A stretch of 53,552 bases of DNA from Octopus bimaculoides (taxonomy: Eukaryota), in NCBI RefSeq assembly GCF_001194135.2, contig NC_068983.1, positions 22,842,361 through 22,895,912 on the forward strand. Direction: 5' to 3'. Shown piece by piece: positions 1-11,060 of this stretch. How positions within the stretch are numbered: position 1 is the first letter of the stretch; the number at the start of each line of letters is the position of its first letter. The translations under genes and the position numbers were made by a program. The notes below the pieces were generated by a model. The model had not been told where the DNA came from, did not search any database, and was given only the letters and a program-made list of their open reading frames with translations.

Positions 1-289
1 GAACAAGCAAGTGTATTAGTTTGACGCTTGGGAAAAATGGAAATGTCTTTTACGTTTCGAGCCTACGCTTTTGAATAGAAAGGAATAAAAGGAAATAAAT
101 AGAAAGAGAATGAAAAAAACGTGTTGAATTCAGTGGTCCAACATGACAAATAATGGACCACTGAACTCAACACGTTGTTTTCATTCTCTCTCTGTTTCCT
201 CTTATTCCTTTCTGTCGAAGAGCGTAGGCTCGAAACGTAAAAGACTCTTCTATTCTTCCTGAGCGTCAAACTAATATACTTGCTTGTTG
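1..289. mobile_element. Long foldback (arms about 1-140 and 154-289, 13-nt loop), probable inverted terminal repeat of a Penelope-like element; may extend beyond the window start
   Basis: Arms are reverse complements along their length, e.g. GAGAATGAAAAAAACGTGTTGAATTCAGTGGTCCA vs TGGACCACTGAACTCAACACGTTGTTTTCATTCTC, and GTCTTTTACGTTTCGAGCCTACGC vs GCGTAGGCTCGAAACGTAAAAGAC. Each arm has a hammerhead-like motif. Penelope assignment is inference. Confidence 0.6.
208..243 (+). ncRNA. Minimal type-I hammerhead-ribozyme-like motif with variant core
   Basis: Stem I CUUU(208-211)/AAAG(240-243); core CUGUCGA-A; stem II GAGC-GUAG-GCUC; GAAA; palindromic ACGU stem III; GUA triplet ending at 239. Canonical A6 is replaced by U. 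Confidence 0.45.
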
Positions 290-524
290 TTCCTACATCT
301 GTCTTCTTCTTTGTTTTTCTATAAATTTGAACTATATATTATACTCTCACGTGGTTACCCCAGTTTGATCGTGATTGAACTTCCTACTCCCTTGGTCTTG
401 TATATCTTAACCGCTTCTAGAACTTTCAGCATCTCTCTCTTCCTCTACATATCAGCACTCCACCTGGATCTTCGTACTCTTTTGGATTCTACCTTCACGG
501 ATCTCACTGGTTATTTTCGTTTTG

Positions 525-591
<67 letters not shown>

Positions 592-750
592 TACTCCCGC
601 CATCGCTTGACAGCCGATTCTGGTGTGTTTATGTCCCCGTAACATAGCGGTTCAGCAAAACAGATCGTTAGAGTAATTACTAGGCTTACAAAAAATAAGT
701 CCTGGGGTCGATTTCTTCAACTAAATCCCTGAAACAAGTAAAAGAATACA
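525..750 (+). mobile_element. (GT)n plus 3' half of SINE family A
   Basis: CATCGCTTGACAGCCGATTCTGGTGTGTTTATGTCCCCGTAAC...GGCTTACAAAAAATAAGTCCTGGGGTCGATTT...TGAAACAAGTAAAAGA matches other family A copies in the window. Confidence 0.85.
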
Positions 751-879
751 AGAATATCAATGAAAACAAACATTTCGAATGGGGTGAAATATAATTAAAT
801 TATTCATATACAAAAGAATGCTGTAATTGTATAAAATGAGAGAAAAAAGAACAACGAACAGCTTCCAATTCACGTGCTT

Positions 880-1200
880 AAGGAGAATGCTCGACATCAA
901 GTGGCTGCAAAATGTCCAAAATGACACAATTTTGACAGACGATGGGCATCAACAAGATCAGTGACGTAATAAGACACACACTGGGACTGGATCGGACACG
1001 TCCTCAGGCAAGATAGAGAAAGCAATTGTACGGTGGCACTTAAGTGGCGGTCTGAGGGAAAAAGAGCAGCAGGGCAACCTAAAACTACATGGCGAAGGAC
1101 GAGGAGAAGGGTGGAGAAGCTGGAACGAGACCAGAACAGCGGCAGGAAACAGGGTGGGCTGGAAAGATCTTATGTGCCTTATAGCACACAGAGAACTAAT
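880..1200 (+). mobile_element. RTE-clade LINE 3' remnant
   Basis: Degenerate reading DWIGHVLRQDRESNCTVALKWRSEGKRAAGQPKTTWRRT is the C-terminal motif of RTE-type RT proteins and resembles the 8010-8525 copy. Confidence 0.75.
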
Positions 1201-1289
1201 TATACAAAAAATATGAGATAAAAGAAGGAATAAATTTTTTTTTTTTTTTTTTTTTCTTCAGTAATTAAAATTTCTTCTGGAAGGGAATA

Positions 1290-2050
1290 ATAAACATTTC
1301 TCTTTATTGAGTCTGGGAGGAATAATGCTAAAGTTTACTTGGGCTGCATTTGAACTCAGAACGTATAGAAGTGGTACAATGTTCCTACGACACTAGCAAG
1401 TCTGCCAACTCACCACACTAAATTAAGCAAAATTAATAATGGTTTCAAATTTTAGCTCATGGCCAGCAAGATCGGAGTTCAACTGGTACTTATTTTATAG
1501 ACCCCGAAAGGATGAAAGGCAAAATCGACCTCGGCGGAATATGAACTCGGAACGTAATGAACGAAATGCCTCTAAAGGCATCATTAATATTGGTTTCAGA
1601 TTTTGATACAAGGCCAACGATTTCGGGAGAAGGGTAAGTCGATTACATTGACCCCAGTGATCAATTGGTACTTATTTTACTAAGCCCGAAAGGAATGAAA
1701 GACAAAGTCTACCTCGGCGAAATTTGAACTTAGAAAGTTAAGACGGACGGAATGCCGCTAAGCATTGTGCTAACGATTCTACCAACTCGACGCCTTAAAG
1801 GCATATTTAATATTGATTTCAAATTTTGACACAAGGCCATCAATTTTGGACTAGGGATGAGTCGATTACAACCATCTCAGTGTTCAACTGGTACTTATTT
1901 TATCGACCCTGGAAGGATGAAAGGCAAAGTCAGCCTCGGTAGAATTCGAACTCTGAACGTAAAGACAGACGAAGTGCCGTTAAGTATTTTGCCCGAAACG
2001 GTAACGATTCTACCAACTAGCCACTTTAAAAGGCATAATTAGTATAGATT
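1290..2050 (-). mobile_element. Tandem array of SINE family B units (about 225-bp period)
   Basis: Repeated ACTGGTACTTATTTTATCGACCCCGAAAGGATGAAAGGCAAAGTCGACCTCGGCGGAATTTGAACTC cores, separated by a shared AAAGGCAT..TAATATT spacer at about 1573, 1796 and 2029. Confidence 0.85.
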
Positions 2051-2319
2051 TCTTTTGCTACAAAGCCACAGGTGGGTTACAACCTGGGATACTTAGAATA
2101 TTCTTTTACTACTACACACGCACACACACACACATAATACATACATAATACATACATGCATACATACATACATACATAATGGTTACCTCGTCATGTCAGA
2201 TAATGGCCTCTTATATTCATCCAAAAAATGAAATTTATAATGAAACATTGGTACGTCATTGAATTTAAGTGTTAAAAGCTAGTCCATCACTTTTGTTACG
2301 CTCTCTATCGTCATAATAG

Positions 2320-2432
2320 GTTCCGATGACAAACATTACACAATGACTGGCATTATTTTAACTGCACGTTTTATGTCAAGAGGATCTTTCTTCCGGAAGA
2401 GCTGCCAGCCTCGTGGCTTTGTCAAAAATAAG
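2320..2432 (+). CDS. Candidate internal exon, unassigned: (G)SDDKHYTMTGIILTARFMSRGSFFRKSCQPRGFVKNK
   Basis: ataatag| acceptor, AAG|gtgagc donor, only one frame open (phase 1 to 0), non-repetitive sequence. No family recognised. Confidence 0.35.
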
Positions 2433-2634
2433 GTGAGCTTTGTCTACCCCTGGAAAATCTATCTAAACCATTGATGGAACCCTGACAGATACTACCGTTC
2501 TGGGTCAGAACGGCCCTGGGAGTAATAGCAATTAAGGGGTGACTCCACGCTCCCCACAGCGCCAGAACTCCCGATCTGGAGCCTCACCACCAGATGCAGT
2601 TTAATGTCATACCCAGCACATACATACATACATA

Positions 2635-2956
2635 GGCGTAGGAGTGGCTGTGCGGTAAGTAGCTTGCTTTCGAACCACATGGTTCTGGGTTCAGTCCCAC
2701 TGCGTAACACCTTGGGCAAGTGTCTTCTACTATAGCCTCGGGCCGACCAAAGCCTTGTGAGTGGATTTGGTAGACAGAAACTGAAAGAAGCCCGTCGTAT
2801 ACNNNNNNNNNNNNNNNNNNNNNNNNNNNNNNNNNNNNNNNNNNNNNNNNNNNNNNNNNNNNNNNNNNNNNNNNNNNNNNNNNNNNNNNNNNNNNNNNNN
2901 NNNNNNNNNNNNNNNNNNNNNNNNNNNNNNNNNNNNNNNNNNNNNNNNNNTATATA

Positions 2957-2999
<43 letters not shown>

Positions 3000-3208
3000 T
3001 TGTGCGTCTGTGTTTGCCCCCAACATCGCTTAACAACCAATGCTAGTGTGTTTACGTCCCTGTAACTTAGCAGTACGGCAAAAGTGACCGATAGAATAAG
3101 TACTAGGCTTACAAAGAATAAGTCTTGGGGTCGATTTGCTCGACTAAAAGCGGTATTCCAGCATAGCCGCAATCAAATTGACTGAAACAAGTAAAAAAGT
3201 AAAAGAGA
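2635..3208 (+). mobile_element. Full-length SINE family A (tRNA-like head, internal TA/TG microsatellite, GTAAAAGA tail); spans an N gap
   Basis: Head GGCGTAGGAGTGGCTGTGCGGTAAG (A box) and GGTTCAGTCCC (B box-like); core CCTTGGGCAAGTGTCTTCTACTATAGCC; tail ATTGACTGAAACAAGTAAAA. Confidence 0.9.
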
Positions 3209-3619
3209 GTATACATACATACATACATACATACATACATACATACATACATACATACATACATGTGTGTATTTCAATGGTATGACTGACGAAGATGGCT
3301 ACAGGTTCAACTAAAAAATACAAATCGACGTTTATTATCTTTATCTTTTTTAATAAACTCAATTGTGTGTGTGTGTGTGTTTAATGTGAAGAATGTGTTA
3401 GTGCCGTAAAGAGGGGATAATTTCTCTTAGCAAAGCCTACGACGTAGGGATGATATTTGATTTGCAACAGTTTATTCACTTTTTATCCTAATGTTTCATT
3501 TACTTGAGATGGCTGACATGTCTCAGTTGCACAGTTTCATTTATAGGAAAACAAAAAGCGCGCGCATGCATATTAAACACTCGGAACATTTTGTATGTTT
3601 GCGTCAATAAGTCATTGGA

Positions 3620-3890
3620 TGCAGACATTTCCGAACGGTTTAGTAGCTCGCTTCGCAAAAACGAAGTCCTGCGTTCGATTCCACTATGCGACACATTGAG
3701 CAAGTATTTCTGTCTTTCATAGCCTTCCGGGCGGTAATTCGAGGCTTGTAAGTGAAACTGACTCAACAGAAACTTTGTTGAAACTCGTTGGATTGAGTGT
3801 ACCTGTAACTCAAAGAACCAGTTTTATCACACTGTTTATATCAAGATTACGACAAAGGTACACGTGTCTGTGGTAGACGTGTCAGCCGTT
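3620..3890 (+). mobile_element. Old chimeric SINE: family A head/core joined to family D tail
   Basis: GTTCGATTCCACTATGCGACACATTGAGCAAGTATTTC (A-like) is followed by TGTACCTGTAACTCAAAGAACCAG...AAGGTACACGTGTCTGTGG (D tail). Confidence 0.6.
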
Positions 3891-4600
3891 TGAAAGAAGC
3901 AACGCTTTGTTGAAAATATTGTCTAGTACTGTACCTTTCTACGGCAGGACAAAAAACTTTTGTAAACTACTCTTTGAAAAGGCTCTTAGTCATCCATACC
4001 GTCAAATGAGAAGTAGATTAGACTTAGTGTAACCCTTGAAAACTGTTGGATTTTGGGGGGAGTGATATGAGTAAGGGCGTTAATTTCATATCACTAGCGG
4101 TATTTCATCTCAAAAACGAAGTGTCAGGAGATTTTTGGAAGCTAGCCGTTTTGATTATAATACAATGGGCAGCCAGCACTGTTAATCAGACAATTGGCCT
4201 TTTCACTGTCGAAACCGATGGATACTCCACTGATTCTGCTGTACACCTCTCTTTACACATAAGCAATATCTATTTCTAATATAGACACAAAACCACATCA
4301 TTTGTAACAGTATGTTGAAGTCAATTATAACTACTCATTACTTAAAGGGTCTTCGGATTAATCGACCCCAGAAAGATGAAAGGCAAAGCTGAACCTGATC
4401 CCTATGGGATAAAAACTCAAAACGTAAATGAAAACAAACTACATATTGTAAAGCATTATATTATGTCCACTGCCTTATCGATTCTGTCATTCACTACCAC
4501 ATAGAGATAAGCAATACGGAAAACAAAACTTTCATCTATGAAGTGGTCGATAAAATACAGTACTAATCATATACTAAGAATCACTTTGAAGGTCTATAAA

Positions 4601-4657
<57 letters not shown>

Positions 4658-5215
4658 NNNNNNNNNNNNNNNNNNNNNNNNNNNNNNNNNNNNNNNNNNN
4701 NNNNNNNNNNNNNNNNNNNNNNNNNNNNNNNNNNNNNNNNNNNNNNNNNNNNNNNNNNNNNNNNNNNNNNNNNNNNNNNNNNNNNNNNNNNNNNNNNNNN
4801 NNNNNNNNNNNNNNNNNNNNNNNNNNNNNNNNNNNNNNNNNNNNNNNNNNNNNNNNNNNNNNNNNNNNNNNNNNNNNNNNNNNNNNNNNNNNNNNNNNNN
4901 NNNNNNNNNNNNNNNNNNNNNNNNNNNNNNNNNNNNNNNNNNNNNNNNNNNNNNNNNNNNNNNNNNNNNNNNNNNNNNNNNNNNNNNNNNNNNNNNNNNN
5001 NNNNNNNNNNNNNNNNNNNNNNNNNNNNNNNNNNNNNNNNNNNNNNNNNNNNNNNNNNNNNNNNNNNNNNNNNNNNNNNNNNNNNNNNNNNNNNNNNNNN
5101 NNNNNNNNNNNNNNNNNNNNNNNNNNNNNNNNNNNNNNNNNNNNNNNNNNNNNNNNNNNNNNNNNNNNNNNNNNNNNNNNNNNNNNNNNNNNNNNNNNNN
5201 NNNNNNNNNNNNNNN

Positions 5216-5275
<60 letters not shown>

Positions 5276-5443
5276 TATATACGAGGGGAAGTCAAAAGCT
5301 ATCCGTACTTTTGCCAAAACTTTCCTTAGCTTGCTCGCACTGCCTTCAGCGCTCGCATGCTAAAAGGTGGAACTCTTGTGGTTATCTAACCGAGGTTTGA
5401 CCTTGGTCGCCCCCGTTTTCTTTCTTGTATTACAGAGTAAACA

Positions 5444-6388
5444 ATAGCAGCTGCGCTGGCAGTGTACACCAGAGAAAAACAGAAACCTGTGAACCGTTTC
5501 CTCTGGTCTGAAGGTGTGTCGGTAACTGAAATTCATCGCAGGCTTTCAGTATAATACGGGGACAGCGCTCTAACACGTAGAAGTGTGTATAAGTGGATCA
5601 AGAAGTTTCAAAATGGTTGGACAAGCATCAAGCACGAAGAGGGATCAGGACGCCCAGCAACCTCCAACGCTGATTCAACAAGCTCGGGAGATGTTTCTGG
5701 CGAACCGACGCGAGACCATCTATGAAGTGGCATGTTCTCTGCAAATTACTCATGTCTCTGCGTACGAAATCATCCACAAGCTTCGCTTCCGTAATGACTG
5801 TGCGGACACCCGTGCCAAGGGTGCTAACCGAAGTACATAAAAGGGGCCTGCAGTCACCAGCGTAGGCTACAGTTAGCTGCTGGCCAACAGACTGAAACCA
5901 GCATTTCGCAGTAAACACCGGTCTATTGTCAAAGCGAGTGTTATTGTCACAACAATGCACGTCGACATACGGCTACCAACATCGTTGAAACCGTTGAAAA
6001 GTTTGGTTTTCGAGTTGCTGGGACACCCTGCATACAGTCCAGATCTCGTCCATTCCGATTATCACATCTTTGGACCGCTCAAACATCCTTTCCGAGGTCA
6101 TCGATTTGCTACGGACAAAGAAACACAGGAAGCAGTGCATAAATTACTGCGCGACCAGCCGAAAACCTTCTCCGACGGAATAAGCAAATTTGTGGACCGC
6201 TGGAAGAAGTACATGGGAAAGCAAGGAGAGTACAGTAATACCCCACTTTACAAAGATCTGCTTTATGAGACTCAATGTTTGCGAGTTTTTACGAGTTTTA
6301 TTTTCTGTTTACGACTTTTCGCTTTACAAGCGTTCTCCGGGAACGAATTAACTCGTATACCAAGGCATTACTGTATGTCGAAAAATGA
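5444..6388 (+). pseudogene. Mariner transposase pseudogene
   Basis: N-terminal HTH reading RFLWSEGVSVTEIHRRLSV*YGDSALTRRSVYKWIKKFQNG...SGRPATS; catalytic HPAYSPDLVHSDYHIFGPLK; C-terminus QGEYVEK* once the 6233-6373 insert is removed. Carries stops, frameshifts and a deletion. Confidence 0.9.
6233..6373. mobile_element. 141-bp Tigger/pogo-like MITE with TA TSD
   Basis: TA|CAGTAATACC ... GGCATTACTG|TA; interrupts the Tyr codon of the mariner GEYVEK motif. Confidence 0.85.
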
Positions 6389-6451
6389 TGCAATTGTCCA
6401 ATTGCTGTTTTCGCTTTAATAAATTACAGAAACAAGAATGATACATATAAT

Positions 6452-6483
<32 letters not shown>

Positions 6484-6589
6484 TTATGAACAGCCAATTG
6501 CAAGCATTTTCTGTAGTATCCTAAATCTGGGACTACAAAACAAGCAACGGTCTGTAGATTTCGTTATTGTTAAACCTTACATCATTCCT

Positions 6590-6750
6590 GATCGAGCAGA
6601 CCTTTGATCAAAGCTGTGACTATTCCATATACTTTAGGGTTATATAGGCCTGCAGTATCTATTCTGTTCTTGTCATTTTAAAGACGATGGTATGTGATTT
6701 AGAAGAGATTTAGCTGTAGTTTCTAGGAGGTAGAGTAACCTCGTTAAGGC
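6590..6750 (-). repeat. Old interspersed repeat family E (other copies about 12270-12490 -, 15945-16110 +, 29385-29585 +, 30325-30540 +)
   Basis: Shared motifs CTAGAAATAGYAGCYAAATCT, GGATAATGTA and CCTTTGATC across five loci. Confidence 0.6.
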
Positions 6751-6984
6751 TTCCTGTTTAAAGTCAATAATATGGTATGGTCAATTAAATCAACTTCAAC
6801 TTCTTTCAAATTTGACCTGGTATCCAAGTAACTGAATCGTTACTGCTTTTGTTGTCGTTATGACCATGGTTTCCGTTGACACCGCTTTAAAAACCATCGT
6901 TGTTCCGTAGTTATAATTGGACGCAAACTATAAAAGCCCATTGTATAAATTGTGCTTTTAATTGAAAAAGTACAACCTTTTCAG

Positions 6985-7272
6985 CCACTGTGTCACGCTG
7001 ATTCTGCCTGAGAATTACGTTAAGTGTACATATGTCTGTGGTGAATGTAAGACACTTTATTTCATGTTGCTCTAGTCCACTCAGCAGAGTTGTACCTGTA
7101 ATTCAAAGAGCCAGCCTTTTTCATATCTGTGCCATGCTGAATCTCCCTGAGAACGCGCTAAGGTTACGTGTATTTGTGGAGTGCTCAGTCACTTGCACGT
7201 TAATTTCATGAGCAGGCTGTTCCGTTGATCGGATCAATTGGAACCTGAGTCGTCGTAACCGACGGAGTGCCA
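6985..7272 (+). mobile_element. Partial D-tail copy followed by a family C core plus family D tail
   Basis: CACTTTATTTCATGTTGCTCTAGTCCACTCAGC (C core) is joined to GTTGTACCTGTAATTCAAAG...GTCGTCGTAACCGACGGAGTGCCA (D 3' end). Confidence 0.75.
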
Positions 7273-7444
7273 GTTTCATGCCTGTGCTATATTCAGCTGC
7301 TTCGCACACTAATTCACCTAATTCAGTGAGTAGGTTAGGTTGCCCAATTGAGCTCGGTGTGATTTTAACAAGATTCAGTTGCTAATTTTTTAGATTTTTT
7401 TAGTCAAATGAATCGACCCTAGTAGTTTTTTTTTAAATTCTGAT

Positions 7445-7760
7445 ACTTATTCTACCGGTGTCTTTTGCCGAACTGTTAGGCTACGAGAACACGCCAACAC
7501 ACCAAAACAGGTTGTCAAGCGGTGGTGACACACACACACACGTACATACATGCATACATACATACATACATAATACATACATACATACATACATACATAT
7601 GACGGGCTTCTTTCAGTTTCCGTCTACCAAACCCACTCACAAGGCACTGGTCGGCCCAAGCCTATAGTCGAAGACACTTTCCTGAAGTGTCACGTAGTGG
7701 GACTGAACACGGAAGCATGTGGCAGGAAGCAAGCTTCTTACCACAAAGCCACGCCTGCGA
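7445..7760 (-). mobile_element. SINE family A copy lacking its 3' tail
   Basis: GACGGGCTTCTTTCAGTTTCCGTCTACCAAA...GTGGGACTGAAC...TTACCACAAAGCCACGCCTGCG with internal (TACA)n. Confidence 0.85.
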
Positions 7761-8009
7761 TCAAACTTATTTATATATCTATCTGTTTTGTAAGTCACTC
7801 TCAAGAATGTTTCAAATAACCGCTCAGTGAGTTTTGAGATATGACAAAAAAAGAAAAGGAGAAAATAAATCTAAGAAACTGCCTTGCTTATCCGGTTTTA
7901 TTTCAAAGTGACCTTCTCCTAGAGACATAGTTTAACAAATCCGAGCGGTATCTCACACCCAGCGGTTACCCAGCACATCGGACACAAACTGGGAATTTCT
8001 AAGTGCCAA

Positions 8010-8525
8010 TAGAGCCAGAAGCGCTTTTATCAAATTGGACAAAGAATGGCGATCAAAACAGATTGGAAGGGAGACAAAAATCAAACTCTACAAAACGCTG
8101 GTAAGACCTATACTTCTTTATGCCTGTGAAACTTGGAAAATGAACAATAGTGATGAGAGAAAACTGGATTCTTTTCAGTACAAAGGCCTGAAGAAAATAA
8201 TGCAGATATGGTGGCCAAACATCATATCTATCAACGGACGAACTCAACAAAATAACCCAAGTCCCCAGGATAAGCCAATCAGTAAAAAGGAAAAGATGGA
8301 ATTGGATTGGACATATATTGAGAAAGGAACCTAATCATCATTGCATGATTGCCTTGACTTGGCAACCTGAGAAGAGAAGAGTTGGTAGACCAAAAACCAC
8401 ATGGAGAAGGACAGTGGAAAAGGAAAGGAATCAAGCTAGATGGTCATCATGGAATGCAGCAAGAAACTAGAAAACGAGCGTGGAGGCCTTATCTGCCAGC
8501 TAGCGCGAAGAGGATACATAGATAG
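8010..8525 (+). mobile_element. RTE-clade LINE, 5'-truncated; RT C-terminal remnant
   Basis: ARSAFIKLDKEWRSKQIGRETKIKLYKTLVRPILLYACETW...WNWIGHILRK...GRPKTTWRRTVEKE, with a frameshift. Confidence 0.9.
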
Positions 8526-8682
8526 ATATTTAAGAAGGAGTGACAGGGACTGTCTCTATTCTAAGGTGTTAGGCTTAACCTGATACTTGGTTTGACACAC
8601 CTACTTAGCTACTAGGCTACTTTAAAAAAATTCATTCTGTTGCAAATATTCTGGTCAAGTCGCCGGTCTCAAGATAACTTCA

Positions 8683-8790
8683 TACAACCAGTTTCGGAGC
8701 CCCTGAAAAAAAAAAGGTATGGGTGCTGGCTTAACTTCATACTACAAGTTTCGGGGGCCCAGAAAAAAAAGGTATGGTTGCTGGCTTAAC
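8683..8790 (+). repeat. Direct duplication of about 53 bp
   Basis: AGTTTCGGAGCCCCTGAAAAAAAAAAGGTATGGGTGCTGGCTTAAC is followed by AGTTTCGGGGGCCCAGAAAAAAAAGGTATGGTTGCTGGCTTAAC. Confidence 0.8.
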
Positions 8791-8978
8791 GTATTTTCTG
8801 GTATACAAGTCGAATTTTTCAGACCAAAATTTACAGCCAAAAAAGGTAGGCCGACTTTGGAGATCCAAACATTCCACGTGAAATACAGCAGGATTTGGAA
8901 AAACTGCGACGATGTTTGAATTTTAACGCTATATGTTTACTCAATATACTATGTCGACTTGTATGCTGGAAAATACGG
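8789..8978. mobile_element. pogo-like MITE (190 bp)
   Basis: TIRs CGTATTTTCTGGTATACAAGTCGA and TCGACTTGTATGCTGGAAAATACG (24 bp, 3 mismatches); flanks TA and CA (degenerate TA TSD). Confidence 0.75.
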
Positions 8979-9525
8979 CACCTTCTTTTCTTTGGTTAAA
9001 AAGAATAAACAAATAATTTATTAAAGTGTTATAACCGCAGTACCCGTCAGAAAACGAGGTACGGGTTCAAGATATGCGTTGAAATGTTTTCAGAAGACAT
9101 TGTTTAGTAATCCTTGTTTAGAAGTCAGGCTCTCAATTAACTTTCTACTATTATGCAAATGAGTTATGCCGGACACAAATTTATATATATATATGCATTG
9201 TTTGCTTTTCCATGATAGGGAATTATTACAAGAGAAAGACGCCTACATTACCTAGTGGTGAGGGTGTACGGCTCGTGAATCATGTGGTCATGCGTTCGAT
9301 TCCTGGAACCAAGCGGTGTATTGTATCTTTGAGCAAGCACATTTCACTACAATGAGTACAAGTCGAATGCTAATGCAGCTCTCTCTCCCTTCAGCTGTTA
9401 CATCCTGGTTAGTCCACAGTCAAGGGTGAGTGGGGGCCGAGAAGGTGTCTATGTCTGCTCGATACTAACATAGTCACTTAAAACAACAAGCAAGCGGATG
9501 GTACATGCCACCAAGCCGTGCTTAC

Positions 9526-9964
9526 CCGAGTATGACAGCTGGTTGTATTTATTCGGACAAGTATCCCCATCTTGATTGTTGTAGTCACAGTAGTATCGGC
9601 CGTTGTACCCTCCTATCTTATTCATGTGTCTGTTGTATTCGCTAATGTTCAAAGAATTCCAAGCAGATCTTTGATAAACCCAAAGGAGTAGATTGTTTTC
9701 GTTCTATGGTCTGCACCAGAGATATTTTCTTGGAATAATTCGATAATGAATGTAAGTGTCTTAGTATGTGGGCATAAGTTCGATTTCCATGTCAACCAGG
9801 ACCTCCGATTCAAACAGAATGAGGAAGCGACATCACATGTAGGAGAATAGTTTAATCGAAGAATATTCTTATTATTGACGACGGAATTACAACAATCTAC
9901 CCCCGTGAATCTAATAAATGGTCCGGTTTGATCTTCCGAGAGCGTTATCAAATATGACAGGCAC
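9526..9964 (-). other. Exon-like block with strong splice signals but no single open frame
   Basis: Acceptor cttcctatctttttcag|G and donor TCGG|gtaagc. One frame is open for about 105 codons (CLSYLITLSEDQTGPFIRFTG...), an overlapping frame is open for the last about 60 (LLLWVYQRSAWNSLNISEYNRHMNKIGGYNGRYYCDY...). Confidence 0.3.
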
Positions 9965-10985
9965 CTGAAAAAGATAGGAAGACACAATGGCCAAAGCGTT
10001 ATAACTATAAGAGTTGAGATGAAAGACAGTAGCCTGAATTTTTCAGTGTATAGTTTTGTTCATATTTTAATAAGTAGACTTCCGTTACTTCATCTGAACA
10101 CCTTGAAAGAGAAACGGGCAAGATATAGTATAACAACGATATATATTAGCAACAAAGGCAGTATTAATATCGATAGGTTATATTTATCACCACTTAAAGA
10201 TGGATGTTCTGTAAGAACAAATTATACTGCAGTAGTTACCATGAGAGAAACTCTCAAATTGGCTTTTTGGTGCAAAATTCACTCTTGTTTGATGCAAAAT
10301 GCATTCTTGTTTGGTGCAAAAAGGACTCTTGCATTTTGTACCAAAAATCCAAATGAGAGTTCTTCTCATGATAACAACCGCAGTATAGTTTGTTCTAACA
10401 GAACATCCACGTCTAAGTGAGGATAGGCATTACCTCTCAGTATAATAACGTTCTCAACTTTTTCAAAGACATTAGTGTCGTAAGTGAAATGATATCCCTT
10501 CAACAGCAAAATCGCTGTATTGACTTGTCAGCTGATTTACCTCTTACGGCTCTATGCTGTGAGAGTAATACATTTGGTTGTCAGATAAGTTCGGTAATTT
10601 TTTCTTCTTATTCCTTGGCACTTCATCGTCAGAAAAGAAGTAAAATTTATTCAAATTTCAAAAACGATAAACATACATTGTAGAGGGAAAACAGAGTTAA
10701 AAGAAAGAAAGAAAGAAAACTACGATAAAAATATTTTTGTAATTCTTCAAGTAACATTGGAAATAATTAGAATAAATTGGTAGAGGCGAAAAAAAAAATC
10801 GAGCCCAATACTTCGAGCTGCCGCCATTGCCACCCGTCCTCTTTCTCAGATGTTTACTCTTACGAAATATAGGAAAAAAAAGAAAAGGATAAAACCTATC
10901 AGGATTTCAAATTCATTATCTTTCATATAATCTTAAATAATTCAATCATATAATTACATGTTCGATTGTTACATATATTACACAG

Positions 10986-11060
10986 ATTTCGAGAACCTCC
11001 TCTCTGAAGAGATAAACGGAAGATTAACCAAGGATTATGACACTGGGGGAGGAGAATTTT
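10986..11060 (+). CDS. Candidate 75-nt symmetric exon, unassigned: (D)FENLLSEEINGRLTKDYDTGGGEF
   Basis: tattacacag| acceptor, perfect |gtaagt donor, only the phase 1-1 frame is open, protein-like composition. Confidence 0.45.

Larger units (their letters stand above)
5280..6400 (+). mobile_element. Defective mariner (DD34D-type) element, internally deleted; left TIR TA|CGAGGGGAAGTCAAAAG
   Basis: TA followed by a CGAGGG terminus, then transposase remnants. Right TIR not found. Confidence 0.85.

Noticed and set aside
4046-4279. 77-aa plus ORF and antisense peptide EVYSRISGVSIGFDSEKANCLINSAGCPLYYNQNG*
   Set aside because: No convincing splice sites on either strand and no recognisable family.
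9649-10540. Idea that the UGA-rich frame is a NUMT or alternative-code contaminant
   Set aside because: No mitochondrial or bacterial protein motif is recognisable, a UAA is also in frame, and the block lies among host SINEs.
10747-10827. ATGGCG start with a YY1-like motif on the minus strand (MAAARSIGLDFFFRLYQFILIISNVT*)
   Set aside because: Stops after 26 codons, has only a weak donor, and could not be chained convincingly to downstream exons.
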